This document shows, piece by piece, positions 16,921 through 26,043 of a stretch of DNA of 64,000 bases. The stretch is taken from assembly GCA_027452205.1 (NCBI GenBank), contig DAIDGV010000024.1, positions 30,750 through 94,749 of the forward strand. Direction: 5' to 3'. The DNA comes from a candidate division FCPU426 bacterium. GTDB lineage: Bacteria; Oederibacteriota; Muellerivitia; Muellerivitales; Muellerivitaceae. The first letter of the stretch is position 1. The number at the start of each line of letters is the position of its first letter. The notes below the pieces were generated by a model. The model ran no database searches. It had not been told where the DNA came from and worked only from the letters and a program-made list of their open reading frames with translations. The position numbers and the translations under genes are program-made.

Positions 16921-18869
16921 TCGCCTTTCTTCACGCGGATAAAGTGGCTGGCGGGCGGTTTTTGGCCCAGCGTCCGGGCCCAGCGGCTCTCGCCCTCAGA
17001 GACGGCCTTCAAGGTCTCGAAGCCCAAACGGGGATAATGCTCTTTCACCATGCCGTTCTTGGCCGTGGCCCGATAGACCCCGATCAACCGTTGGCCGCCC
17101 TTCTGGGCGACCTGCTCCTCTAAAAGTCCCAGCATGGCTTGCTCCACTCCCCGCCCCAGGACCCGGCAGCTCATCAGCCAGCTGTCGATCTCCCAGTCCC
17201 CCTGACCCCGGTCCAGGGCGATAAGGACACCAATGATACCATTATCCCCAAAGCGGTCGGTCAAACGGCACCACAGGGTTACCGCCTTCGGGTCTGCGGA
17301 GAAGTGCTTCACTTCCGCTTCCGTGTGCCGGCGGGTGGTTAGGTTGAATTGGTTGGTCTTATGGAGCAATTGGGCTACCCGGGGCAGATTGACCGGATCG
17401 AAAGTTCCCCAGACCAATTCCATATTGAGGCTTTTCAAATACTCCGAAAGGTCCGTGAAAGAGGCCTGGGCCTGCACGCGTTGCTGGTTTTGCCGGTACT
17501 GTTCGGTACGGGCCAGGTCATCGGATGTTACGCGGACCGACTCGAAATACCCCGCCGAGGCCAGGGTATGGATGAAAAGCGCCGGGTCTTCGGGCATTTC
17601 GGGCACCCGCACCATGGGCAGGGCCTGCCGCACTTGTTCGCGTTCAAAGGGGTTGTCGTCGACGAAGACCAGGGCGTCCAGGCCGATATTAAGTTCCTCC
17701 GCGATCTTTTTCAGGTTGGAGGCCTTGTCGTTCCAGTTGACCGCGAAACAGGCGATGTCGGTCTTTTTGAGGACCATTTCGGGATGTTTGTCGAATGGTT
17801 CCAACCCATTCGTCTCGTCGTTCTTGGAACAGACCGCCAGGATGACGCCCCGCCGGCTCAAGTCCCGGGCGTAACGTTGAAAAGCGGCGTAAGACTCGCC
17901 CAAGGCGCTGCCTTGGCCCAACCGGATGCCTTCTAAACCTTCGTCGCCGATCACGCCGCCCCAAAGGGTGTTATCCAGGTCCAGGACCAGGCATTTGGCC
18001 GACAGCCCCCGCTGGGCCGCTAAAAGCCGGGCCAGCCATTCGCCATAGAGGGGCGCGGCGGCGGGGTTTACCTCTTGTTTCGCTTTGTGCCACAGGACCG
18101 GGTCATGCCATTGGCTCAGACCGTCCACCGCGGCGCGGCCCGCGATGTCCAGCAGATCGACGGAGTTCTCGTCCGCCCAGGACCGCAGGCGCTGTTGAAA
18201 GGTTAGGAGCAGGGCCGCCGGGGAATCCGGCAGTCTTTGCTCGTTGTTGCCCATCAGGGGCTCATAAAGCGGCAGGGGCGTTTGCTGAAGGATAGGGCCC
18301 TTGAACTTTTGCCGGGCCAGCCGCCACAAGGTCACCAGTTGCTGATGGACCGCTTCCAACCGGGTTTCCGCCTCCACGGCGGTCATGCCCGGCGGCTGGG
18401 TGCCGAAAAGATGAAAGGCGTCGAAAGCGAACAAGATCGCGTTGGGGCCAAATTGATGAAGCCGGGACCGGTCGTCGGAAAGTTCCTGCAAGGCCTGGCC
18501 GTAATCGGCCACGTAAGTTTGAACGATCAGTCGGTGGCGAAGACCGCCAATGCGGATACCCGGCAAAAGCTGTTCAACGGTGGAGGACCCCAGCAAGGCC
18601 AGCCGGATCACGGGCAAACCCGGCTCGGCGGTTGAGGCGGTCTTTTCTTGGAGCGCTTTATCGGCTTGCAGGGTTTCGAGGAAGTTCAGGTCGTACCGGG
18701 CTAGGTCGGCCAGAAGGAACAAACCTTCAACCCCCTGTTTTTGTTTAGCCGCTTGGAGGGCTTTGGAAAAATACGGATGTTTGAGAAGCCAAGGCATATT
18801 CATGGGTGAAGAAGACCTCAACTGACAAGATAACGCATTATATAGGGAAAAAGGCCTTCTTCCGTTCAA
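16917..18869 (-). CDS. FkbH-like HAD-IIIC phosphatase-family protein with C-terminal GNAT-like domain (candidate carrier-protein loader)
   Basis: 650 aa. HAD motifs are LVLDLDNTLWGG (DxDxT), AVCSKN and VFVDDNP. The C-terminal region (…NGIIGVLIALD…CRVLGRGVEQAMLG…) resembles the FkbH/GNAT domain. The start codon is uncertain: TTG at 18869, or ATG at 18803/18797. Confidence 0.65.
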   Translation of the reverse strand: MNGRRPFSLYNALSCQLRSSSPMNMPWLLKHPYFSKALQAAKQKQGVEGLFLLADLARYDLNFLETLQADKALQEKTASTAEPGLPVIRLALLGSSTVEQLLPGIRIGGLRHRLIVQTYVADYGQALQELSDDRSRLHQFGPNAILFAFDAFHLFGTQPPGMTAVEAETRLEAVHQQLVTLWRLARQKFKGPILQQTPLPLYEPLMGNNEQRLPDSPAALLLTFQQRLRSWADENSVDLLDIAGRAAVDGLSQWHDPVLWHKAKQEVNPAAAPLYGEWLARLLAAQRGLSAKCLVLDLDNTLWGGVIGDEGLEGIRLGQGSALGESYAAFQRYARDLSRRGVILAVCSKNDETNGLEPFDKHPEMVLKKTDIACFAVNWNDKASNLKKIAEELNIGLDALVFVDDNPFEREQVRQALPMVRVPEMPEDPALFIHTLASAGYFESVRVTSDDLARTEQYRQNQQRVQAQASFTDLSEYLKSLNMELVWGTFDPVNLPRVAQLLHKTNQFNLTTRRHTEAEVKHFSADPKAVTLWCRLTDRFGDNGIIGVLIALDRGQGDWEIDSWLMSCRVLGRGVEQAMLGLLEEQVAQKGGQRLIGVYRATAKNGMVKEHYPRLGFETLKAVSEGESRWARTLGQKPPASHFIRVKKGE

Positions 18870-18882
18870 AAGCGGGATCGGT

Positions 18883-20289
18883 TCAGCCTTGGAATTCCAA
18901 CAACCAGGGAAGGATCTGGTCCATGGGCGTTTCCGCCACCGGCATGGTCGTGGCGGTCTGGTCCGTCGGCAGGCGGGGCAGGCGCCGCGTCGTCACCCGC
19001 ACTCCCGGCAGGGTTTCTTTCAAGTTGGCGCAAAGGGCTTCGCCTTCCTCTTTGGCCATGGCGTATTCGGCCAGGGCCTTAGGCCGCTCCTCCGGCGAGA
19101 CCGCCACCGAGGAAGGATAGAACACCGAGAACTTTTCGGTCTTTTGCCGCAAGACCGCGCAAAGGTCGCGGAACCCTTCCACATAAAAGCGGCGGAACTC
19201 CTCAAGCAGCGCGGGATCGAATTCATTCCCCCGCTTCGCGAAGATGCGTCCGGTCGCGTAATAGTAAACGTGGGTGGGGGCCCAGGGCAGGGTTTGGAGC
19301 TGGCTGGCCGCGGAAGAACGGGCATCGTAAGGCAGAAGATAGGCTTTGCCGCCGAAAGCTTGGATCTCTTTTTGAACTCTTTGGGCGTCCGACAATCCCG
19401 TGGCATAGGTCAGCGCCACTTCCGCCCCGCCCGCGGCCGCCACCTTGGCCGTGTACTCGCCAATGCCCCGGGAACCGCCTACGACCAGAACTTTTTGGCC
19501 TTTGAATTTTCCGGCAGGAACCTGCCGGGCGATCTCCTCCAAAGCGGGTTGGGTAGCCGGGGGTTTACGCCAAGCGGCATCGACCGACCCTTTCCATTGG
19601 GCGCCTTGTACCTCCATGCGAACCCTCGAGAAACGGTCATCGACCGATTGCACCGAATAGCCCAATTCAACCGCCGTTTGGGAAGGATCGAAAGCGATCT
19701 GGAAACCGACAAAGAGCGATTGAAGACCCGGGCATTCCATCCCGACCAGTCGGGACAAAGAAACCAAAAAACCGACCGTCGAGGACCCCAGCCACTGGGC
19801 GGCCTGGGGAAACAGTCCTGCCGCCGCCTCGGACAAACCCAGATGCCCTGACAGACCTGCTTTTATTTGGGAAAAGGAAAGTTCTTTGGGAAGACTCGCC
19901 GCGGGTTTTGAGGTTTCTTTTAATACCGGAGAAGCGGTGGCCGCCTTCGATCCCGTTACTAGGTCCAGGGTCATCACCTTGGCCCCGCCCGCCTCGGCTA
20001 CGCAACGCCAAACCGGGGTCGTCGTCCAAGTGTAACGAACCTCATCTCCCACATAGACCGGTTTCATGAATTGAACTGTCATCTTCGCCAAAGCGGGTCT
20101 TTCACCGGACGTGGCGGCCCAAGCCTCCAATCCCGCTAGAACGGTATGAATGCCATGGACCACCGGCATACCCATGGGCGTGCGGCGGGCTGCCAAAGGG
20201 TCCATATGCAAAGGATTGTAGTCGCCCGAAACTTGGGCGAATCGTTCTTGGTCGGCTATTTCAAAAATTTTAGAGGTCATTCGGTGCAC
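18883..20289 (-). CDS. MaoC-like (hotdog) dehydratase fused to a short-chain dehydrogenase/reductase
   Basis: 468 aa. N-terminal …FAQVSGDYNPLHMD… MaoC motif. C-terminal SDR region with VLVVGGSRGIG…NAAS-like glycine motif and a YAMAK YxxxK motif. Confidence 0.65.
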   Translation of the reverse strand: MHRMTSKIFEIADQERFAQVSGDYNPLHMDPLAARRTPMGMPVVHGIHTVLAGLEAWAATSGERPALAKMTVQFMKPVYVGDEVRYTWTTTPVWRCVAEAGGAKVMTLDLVTGSKAATASPVLKETSKPAASLPKELSFSQIKAGLSGHLGLSEAAAGLFPQAAQWLGSSTVGFLVSLSRLVGMECPGLQSLFVGFQIAFDPSQTAVELGYSVQSVDDRFSRVRMEVQGAQWKGSVDAAWRKPPATQPALEEIARQVPAGKFKGQKVLVVGGSRGIGEYTAKVAAAGGAEVALTYATGLSDAQRVQKEIQAFGGKAYLLPYDARSSAASQLQTLPWAPTHVYYYATGRIFAKRGNEFDPALLEEFRRFYVEGFRDLCAVLRQKTEKFSVFYPSSVAVSPEERPKALAEYAMAKEEGEALCANLKETLPGVRVTTRRLPRLPTDQTATTMPVAETPMDQILPWLLEFQG

Positions 20290-20340
20290 AGGTCGATCTT
20301 AAGAATTTATTTAACCTTCAAAACAACAATTCTTAGAAAT

Positions 20341-21741
20341 TTATGGGGCCTCCGCTGGGTTCCACATCAGTTGCAGATCCTTGACCATCGTTTCCGCTAT
20401 CTCTTTTTCCCCGTTCGGGTCCGAGGCGATCTTCCCGGGTTGCAAGACTTCTAACACATGGGCCGCGGGCAACCACACGCTGCTCAAAGTGCCCATGACC
20501 AGGGGGCTTCTCAATCCCTCCGCCGTTTCCATGAATTTACGGGAGGCGTTCAGGTCTTTGTAGACTGTCGGCCAGAGCCGGTACCCTTTGCCGGTCAGAT
20601 AGGCTGCTGAGGGATAATTGGGGCTGTAGTCATAATGCCAGTCGCAAAGGATGATATCTTTGGGAATGTAAGCCAGCGCTCCGTCCGTTCCATTTTCGCT
20701 CGAATCGAACTTGCTATAACCCATTTGTTCTTTGTTCAGCAGCCGGTCCGCCCACATCAGCATGGTGACATGCCGTAAGGAGAAGAACTGATGGAAAGCC
20801 AGCACTTGCTTGGCGTAAAGCTCCGCCGGGGACTTGCCCTTGCATCGCGGACAATCCCCACTGGCGATCACCATCACCTCGTCCATCCCCACATGGAACA
20901 TATCGGTCTGGAAAGCGTCTAAAAGTTCGCCGAACAGGTCGAACATAATAGGATTCACCTTCGGGTTGAGAGGGCACCAGGAGCGGCAGTAAAAATCCTT
21001 GCTGCTCAAGGTCGTTTCCGGCGTCGAACCATCCGCTGGTTCTTCCAGGTCCGGATGGGCCTTCAACAGGGCGCCAGGAGGCAAATGCCAGGATTGATGG
21101 CCCAGGCAATTGATCTCCGGGATCACCTTGATCCCGTTGTCCCGGCAAGTTTGGGTCAGGTCCCGGATCTCGGCCAAGGTCCAGGGCCGGTCCGACTGCG
21201 CGGCGATCTCCGGGTGACTTTTAAAGGCAAAGTTATAGTCGATCTCATAGACCAGCACATTACAGTGGTTCTTCACCAGTACCGTTTGGATTAGTGCCTT
21301 GATCTGGGGCAGGCTCGCCGGGCCCGAATCAAGCACATGGACTCCCCGCCAGGCTTGGCGTGGCCAATCGGCGATCGTGGCATAAGCATAACTTCCATCC
21401 GGCAGGCGCAACTGCTGAAGGGTCTGCCTTCCATAAAGCTCGCCGTGTTTGTCTTTAGCCAAAAGCAGAGCGCCACTGGCATTCACTTGAAGTAGGTAAC
21501 CTTCGTAAGGGATCTGGTGCCGGGGAAGCTGTTGGGCAAAAGCTTGGAAGAGAGCTTCCGCCTGAGGCGATCTTTTCACGCTGTCATACTCGACCGCCAC
21601 ATTTCCAGTCGTCCCCGATCCGGCGAGCCAATTCAGGACCTGGGGCTTGGGCTCCAGGGAAGGTTCTGTTCCCCATACCTTTGAAAAAAAAACGAAACAG
21701 AGAACAGCCAGAACGAACCGGTGGATTGAAATTTGTCTCAT
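20341..21741 (-). CDS. secreted glycoside hydrolase family 20-like protein (beta-N-acetylhexosaminidase-like)
   Basis: 466 aa; signal peptide. …VIPEINCLGHQSW… and …HVGMDEV… resemble the GH20 catalytic (H-x-G-G/D-E) region. Confidence 0.5.
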   Translation of the reverse strand: MRQISIHRFVLAVLCFVFFSKVWGTEPSLEPKPQVLNWLAGSGTTGNVAVEYDSVKRSPQAEALFQAFAQQLPRHQIPYEGYLLQVNASGALLLAKDKHGELYGRQTLQQLRLPDGSYAYATIADWPRQAWRGVHVLDSGPASLPQIKALIQTVLVKNHCNVLVYEIDYNFAFKSHPEIAAQSDRPWTLAEIRDLTQTCRDNGIKVIPEINCLGHQSWHLPPGALLKAHPDLEEPADGSTPETTLSSKDFYCRSWCPLNPKVNPIMFDLFGELLDAFQTDMFHVGMDEVMVIASGDCPRCKGKSPAELYAKQVLAFHQFFSLRHVTMLMWADRLLNKEQMGYSKFDSSENGTDGALAYIPKDIILCDWHYDYSPNYPSAAYLTGKGYRLWPTVYKDLNASRKFMETAEGLRSPLVMGTLSSVWLPAAHVLEVLQPGKIASDPNGEKEIAETMVKDLQLMWNPAEAP

Positions 21742-21847
21742 GGTTATTCCTTAATGATTGCTGAAGGCCCCACAATTTTTACATAAGGCGGAACAAAGAG
21801 ACATCTTTTCAAGTTTAGAAAACACAATAAATCCGCCTAAAAACAAA

Positions 21848-21886
21848 AAAACCAGCCCCTTCTTTTAAAGGGGCTGGGTTTTTCAA
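21848..21886. terminator. bidirectional rho-independent terminator downstream of tRNA-Gln
   Basis: AAAAAAA-CCAGCCCCTT-CTTTTAA-AGGGGCTGG-GTTTTT. A 10-bp GC stem flanked by A- and T-runs. Confidence 0.7.
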
Positions 21887-21961
21887 TGGCTGGGGCGGTA
21901 GGATTCGAACCTACGAATGCCAGATCCAAAATCTGGTGACTTACCGCTTGTCGACGCCCCA
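21887..21961 (-). tRNA. tRNA-Gln (anticodon UUG), CCA encoded
   Basis: Reverse complement TGGGGCGTCGACAAGCGGTAAGTCACCAGATTTTGGATCTGGCATTCGTAGGTTCGAATCCTACCGCCCCAGCCA. Cloverleaf with a 7-bp acceptor stem, anticodon stem CCAGA/TCTGG, loop TTTTGGA, and a GTTCGAATC T-loop. Closely resembles E. coli tRNA-Gln. Confidence 0.9.
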
Positions 21962-22045
21962 ATGTTCGATAAATAAAGGAAAAACTGAAGAAACGAGGGT
22001 GTAATTTAATTCCCCGGAAGGCGTTAATCAAGTGTAAAGAAGGCC

Positions 22046-22282
22046 TTGGAGACCCGGAAAAGGCCGTGTTACGCTGAACTTATGAGCAATGAACAAGTTC
22101 CTTTCGAGATCCGCTCCCTTCCCTCGCTTTTAGAGCTTGGCCAGCGGACCAAACAAGACCGTTACGTCAATGAGACCGAGGAGCTTTTTTACACCTGTCC
22201 TCAATGCGGCCACCCCATGGTGACCAAAAAATGCAAGATCGTCTGCTACACCTGCCACTATTTCATTGGTTGCGTAGAATGA
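22046..22282 (+). CDS. hypothetical small zinc-ribbon protein
   Basis: 78 aa; CPQC-x12-CYTC plus additional Cys/His (…CHYFIGC). The 3' end overlaps the convergent hydrolase gene by about 25 nt. Confidence 0.35.
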   Translation: METRKRPCYAELMSNEQVPFEIRSLPSLLELGQRTKQDRYVNETEELFYTCPQCGHPMVTKKCKIVCYTCHYFIGCVE

Positions 22283-23346
22283 ACTTTCTTTAGGAAAAAG
22301 GCTTCTAATTTTTTCGAGAGACTTTCTTTAGGCTGCTGCATCGGCAGCACCTTGGCGTTCTTTAAAAGTTCCTTTTGGTCCGGCTCCGGAAAATGGTCAC
22401 GCACTTCTTTCAAGAACCCCTTGACCGCCTGCTCGTAAGCCTCGGGCGCGATCAGGTAGGTCTGTTCATGCCCCGCATCCGGCACATAGACCAGGGCCCG
22501 GTGGTGGGTTTGGGTCATATTGAACAACTGTCTCACTTCTGAGGATCGGGCTAGATCATCGGCTTCACCGGTGATATAGAGGATGGGCACCTCATTGAAA
22601 TGGGCCACTACCGGGGCCAGGTCTAGGTCCGTCGCGGTCAAGTTTAGCCCGGTCAAAAGATCGTAATCCTTCAAACATAGGTCCAAAAAGCCGGGCAACC
22701 TAGTGAAGACCCCACCCAAAGTACGCTGGGCGACATAGGACTTGCCATTAGGCAAGGGGCTGTCCGCGATGACCGCGTCCACTTGGGGATATTGGGCCGC
22801 CGCGCGGATCGAGCTAATGGCGCCCATGGAAAAGCCCATAAAGACCAGGGGCCGGACCAAATGATGGCTATCCTCAAGGTAATGGACTGCGGCTAGGTAA
22901 TCCCCTGCTTCAAGGACCCCGCCTGAAACCGGGCTCTCCCCGCTGAGGCCCTCTCCCCTTTGATCGAAAAGAAGGACCTGGTAACCCGCCTTGACCAGGA
23001 ATTCCGCGCGGCTCAGCATTTGGCCCCGGTTCTTGAAGATACCGTGGCTCAAGAGGATCGTTCCCAAGGGTTTATGGACCTTCGGAGGCATCCACCAGCC
23101 GGAGATGACAATATCTTCTGGGGTCTTGAAGGAAACGTCTTTATAGGCAAAACCATCGTCTTTGGGGGTCCAATGGATAGCCAGCCGGATCTTGGATTTG
23201 GCTACGATCGAGGCCGCGATCTTCCCTGGCAAAAGGACATAAACGAAATAACTGAAACCGGCCACAACAAGAGCCAAGAGAATGAGCCCAATGACCAGGA
23301 TGGTCTTGAGCCCTTTATTTGTCTTTTCCATCTTGGAATGATTCAT
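22258..23346 (-). CDS. alpha/beta hydrolase-fold membrane-anchored protein
   Basis: 362 aa; N-terminal TM, nucleophile elbow GFSMGA (GxSxG), and Asp/His candidates downstream. Confidence 0.7.
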   Translation of the reverse strand: MNHSKMEKTNKGLKTILVIGLILLALVVAGFSYFVYVLLPGKIAASIVAKSKIRLAIHWTPKDDGFAYKDVSFKTPEDIVISGWWMPPKVHKPLGTILLSHGIFKNRGQMLSRAEFLVKAGYQVLLFDQRGEGLSGESPVSGGVLEAGDYLAAVHYLEDSHHLVRPLVFMGFSMGAISSIRAAAQYPQVDAVIADSPLPNGKSYVAQRTLGGVFTRLPGFLDLCLKDYDLLTGLNLTATDLDLAPVVAHFNEVPILYITGEADDLARSSEVRQLFNMTQTHHRALVYVPDAGHEQTYLIAPEAYEQAVKGFLKEVRDHFPEPDQKELLKNAKVLPMQQPKESLSKKLEAFFLKKVHSTQPMK

Positions 23347-24215
23347 CGCTTCTCGATCCCCGTTGGAATGGTCTTGGTAATGAAGACCTCGAACCCTTCA
23401 GCTTGGAAACTTTCACTGATAGAAGTCGCTTCTTTTTCGTTAGCGGTCACCGCGAATACCGTTGGGCCGCTGCCCGAGACCAAGGCGCCCTTGGCCCCCG
23501 CTTGGACCAGACGGTCCTTGACCGCCTTCACATCGGGACGCAGATGGAAGGCCGCAGTCTCAAGACCATTAAAAAGGGCGGCGGCAAAATCGTCCACCGT
23601 TCCTTTTTCAAGGAACTTCTCGAAGGACAACACCTTTTCTCCCGAGGTCAGTTGGGCTTTGCCCGAACGGTATACCGCCGGGGTTGAAAGACCTTCGGGG
23701 GTCTTGATGAGCAAAAGGGATATGGGAATGAACCCTTTCCAGGGAGTGATCTTTTCCCCTCGGCCCGTGCCCAAAGCCGCACCGCCGGTCAAAAAGAAAG
23801 GAACATCGGACCCCAACCGGCCCGCCAGATCCATCATTTGGCTTTCAGGCACATCCGCTTCGTAAAGCCATTGCAAGCCCCGCAAGACCGCCGCCGCGTC
23901 ACTGGAACCGCCACCTAACCCCGCCGCCACGGGGATGTTCTTTTGCAAGGTGATCGACACACCGCCTTTGCCGCCTAAAACCTCGGCCATGAAAAGTTTG
24001 GCGGCCTTCACGATCAAGTTGGAATCATCCAAGGTCAGGTCTTGGGGACCCTTCTCAAGGACCAGTTGGATACCTTGGTCTTTTTTTTCAAAAGAAAGCT
24101 GGTCGAAAAGACCAACAGCTTGGAAGACCAGGGCCAGTTCATGATAACCGTCCGGCCGGAGTCCCAGCACTTCAAGGATCGGATTGATCTTGGCGGGGGT
24201 GCGAAGGGTCAGCAC
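23343..24215 (-). CDS. ispE: 4-diphosphocytidyl-2-C-methyl-D-erythritol kinase
   Basis: 290 aa; GHMP kinase fold with N-terminal PAKINPILEVLG…DGYH and PVAAGLGGGSSDAAA ATP-binding motifs. Confidence 0.88.
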   Translation of the reverse strand: MLTLRTPAKINPILEVLGLRPDGYHELALVFQAVGLFDQLSFEKKDQGIQLVLEKGPQDLTLDDSNLIVKAAKLFMAEVLGGKGGVSITLQKNIPVAAGLGGGSSDAAAVLRGLQWLYEADVPESQMMDLAGRLGSDVPFFLTGGAALGTGRGEKITPWKGFIPISLLLIKTPEGLSTPAVYRSGKAQLTSGEKVLSFEKFLEKGTVDDFAAALFNGLETAAFHLRPDVKAVKDRLVQAGAKGALVSGSGPTVFAVTANEKEATSISESFQAEGFEVFITKTIPTGIEKR

Positions 24216-24221
24216 GGATCT

Positions 24222-25961
24222 TTATTGCCCGTCCGTTGTGGCCGATTGATACTTTTTCAGTTCCGCGGCAAAATCCTTGTTATCCGGGTCCAGTTCCGCC
24301 GCCTTTTTCCATTGGAGTACCGCGTCGTCGGACTTGCCCAATTTAAGGTCGGTCTGCCCCAAGTGGTCATAAACGACCGCGTCATCTTTCTCTTTTTTCT
24401 CCGGCAAGAGGTCGATGGATTTCTCAAATTCCTCTTTGGCGGCCGGATATTTTCCCTGGCGGAAATAAACCCAACCCAAACTATCCATGTAGTAAGCGTT
24501 CTTCGGGTCCAACTTCAGGGCTGTCAGCACGTATTTTTCTGCGTCTGGCAGATTCTCCCCCCGATCAGCGTAAGAATAGCCTAAATAGTTATAGGCTTCA
24601 GCGTTGTCCGGCTGGACCTGGATGACCTTCTTCATGCATTCCATGGCTTCACTGAACTTTTGGTTTTTTTCCAAAACAATGGCCAGATTGAAATAGGCTT
24701 GTACCAGGGTGCCTGTGTTGTAATCGGCTTGTTGTTTGCTCTTAAAAGTCTGTTCGGCTGAGATCACCTTGCGGTAATCCGCTTCCGCTTCGTCCATCTT
24801 TTCCTTTTCCTGGGCCATCATGCCCTTCATCAGGACCAGCTCCGGATGGTTCGGATTGGCTTTCAATCCATCCTCGATCGTCTTTTCACTCAAGTCGTCC
24901 TTCTTTTCTTTGTTGTAAAGGATCCCCAATCGAACCCAAGCGTCCACCGACTTGTTGTCATTCTCGAGGATCGCTTTGACCTGGGCCTCGGCGTTGACGA
25001 AGTCGTTCATTTCTTCATAGACCGCCGATAAGCGGAAACGCACCAACGCGTTGGTCGGCTGGCTTTCCAAAAGCACCTTAAAGGACTCGATGGCCTTTTC
25101 ATAATTCTTTAAATTAAAATAACAAAGACCGATGTAATCATAGACCGCCGTGTCCTTGGAGTTGAGCTTGGAGTAGGTTTGGAAAGACTCCAAAGCCTTG
25201 GCATATTCCTTCTGGTTGTAATGGATCTCGCCCAAAGCCAAAAAGGTCTGTGCGCTTTGAGGATTGATCTTGGCCAAACTTTCATAGGTTGCGATGGCAT
25301 CCTCGGGTTTTTGGTCCAGTTCATAGACCAACCCCAGCGAGGTATAGGCCGGCTCCAATTCCGGATCGATCTCGATGGCTCTTTTGAAAGCCTCCTCGGC
25401 CTTGGCCACTTGGTTGCCACGGGTATAGATAAGACCCATGTTGTAATAGACTCCCGCGGTCTTGGGGTTGTTGATAAGGATCTTTTCATAGGTGTTCAGG
25501 GCGTCTTCGAGGCGGTTCTGATTGGCCAGGACCCCCGCCAAGTAATATTCAGCGTCCATGTTGTTCGGGTCGATCTCCAAGACCTTGCTGTATTCCTTTT
25601 GAGCCTTTCCATATTCACCCTGGGAAGCGAAAAGATTGGCCAACAGTAACCGGGTCTTGATGTTATTGGGTTCAAGCCGGATGGACTTCTGGAGTTCTTC
25701 CTCGGTCTTATATTCGAGGCCTTCCACGTAATAGTGCGAGGCTAATCTTTCGTGGATCGTCGAGGAAGCGGGGTCGTAACGGGCCGCTTGGTCGAATTCC
25801 ACGGTGGCCCGGCCGCCATCTTGGTAAAGCTGGGCGTAAAGCCCGCAAGCGTAATGCCAATAGGCCCGGGGATCGACCTTAAGACTATCGTCGCCTTTGG
25901 CTCGCAGGGGTTGGGCGCAAAGAAGGAGGACTAAAAGGAGGCTCTTTTTCATAAAATCCAA
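24222..25961 (-). CDS. secreted tetratricopeptide-repeat (TPR) protein
   Basis: 579 aa; signal peptide and more than 12 consecutive 34-residue TPR units (W-LG-Y/A-F-A-P pattern). Confidence 0.8.
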   Translation of the reverse strand: MDFMKKSLLLVLLLCAQPLRAKGDDSLKVDPRAYWHYACGLYAQLYQDGGRATVEFDQAARYDPASSTIHERLASHYYVEGLEYKTEEELQKSIRLEPNNIKTRLLLANLFASQGEYGKAQKEYSKVLEIDPNNMDAEYYLAGVLANQNRLEDALNTYEKILINNPKTAGVYYNMGLIYTRGNQVAKAEEAFKRAIEIDPELEPAYTSLGLVYELDQKPEDAIATYESLAKINPQSAQTFLALGEIHYNQKEYAKALESFQTYSKLNSKDTAVYDYIGLCYFNLKNYEKAIESFKVLLESQPTNALVRFRLSAVYEEMNDFVNAEAQVKAILENDNKSVDAWVRLGILYNKEKKDDLSEKTIEDGLKANPNHPELVLMKGMMAQEKEKMDEAEADYRKVISAEQTFKSKQQADYNTGTLVQAYFNLAIVLEKNQKFSEAMECMKKVIQVQPDNAEAYNYLGYSYADRGENLPDAEKYVLTALKLDPKNAYYMDSLGWVYFRQGKYPAAKEEFEKSIDLLPEKKEKDDAVVYDHLGQTDLKLGKSDDAVLQWKKAAELDPDNKDFAAELKKYQSATTDGQ

Positions 25962-26043
25962 ACTTTCAAGGTTTTAGGAAAGGTATTATATCGTACCCCA
26001 CCCGCAAAAAGACAAGGCGTCGCAGCGCCGTTCCATGGAGACT

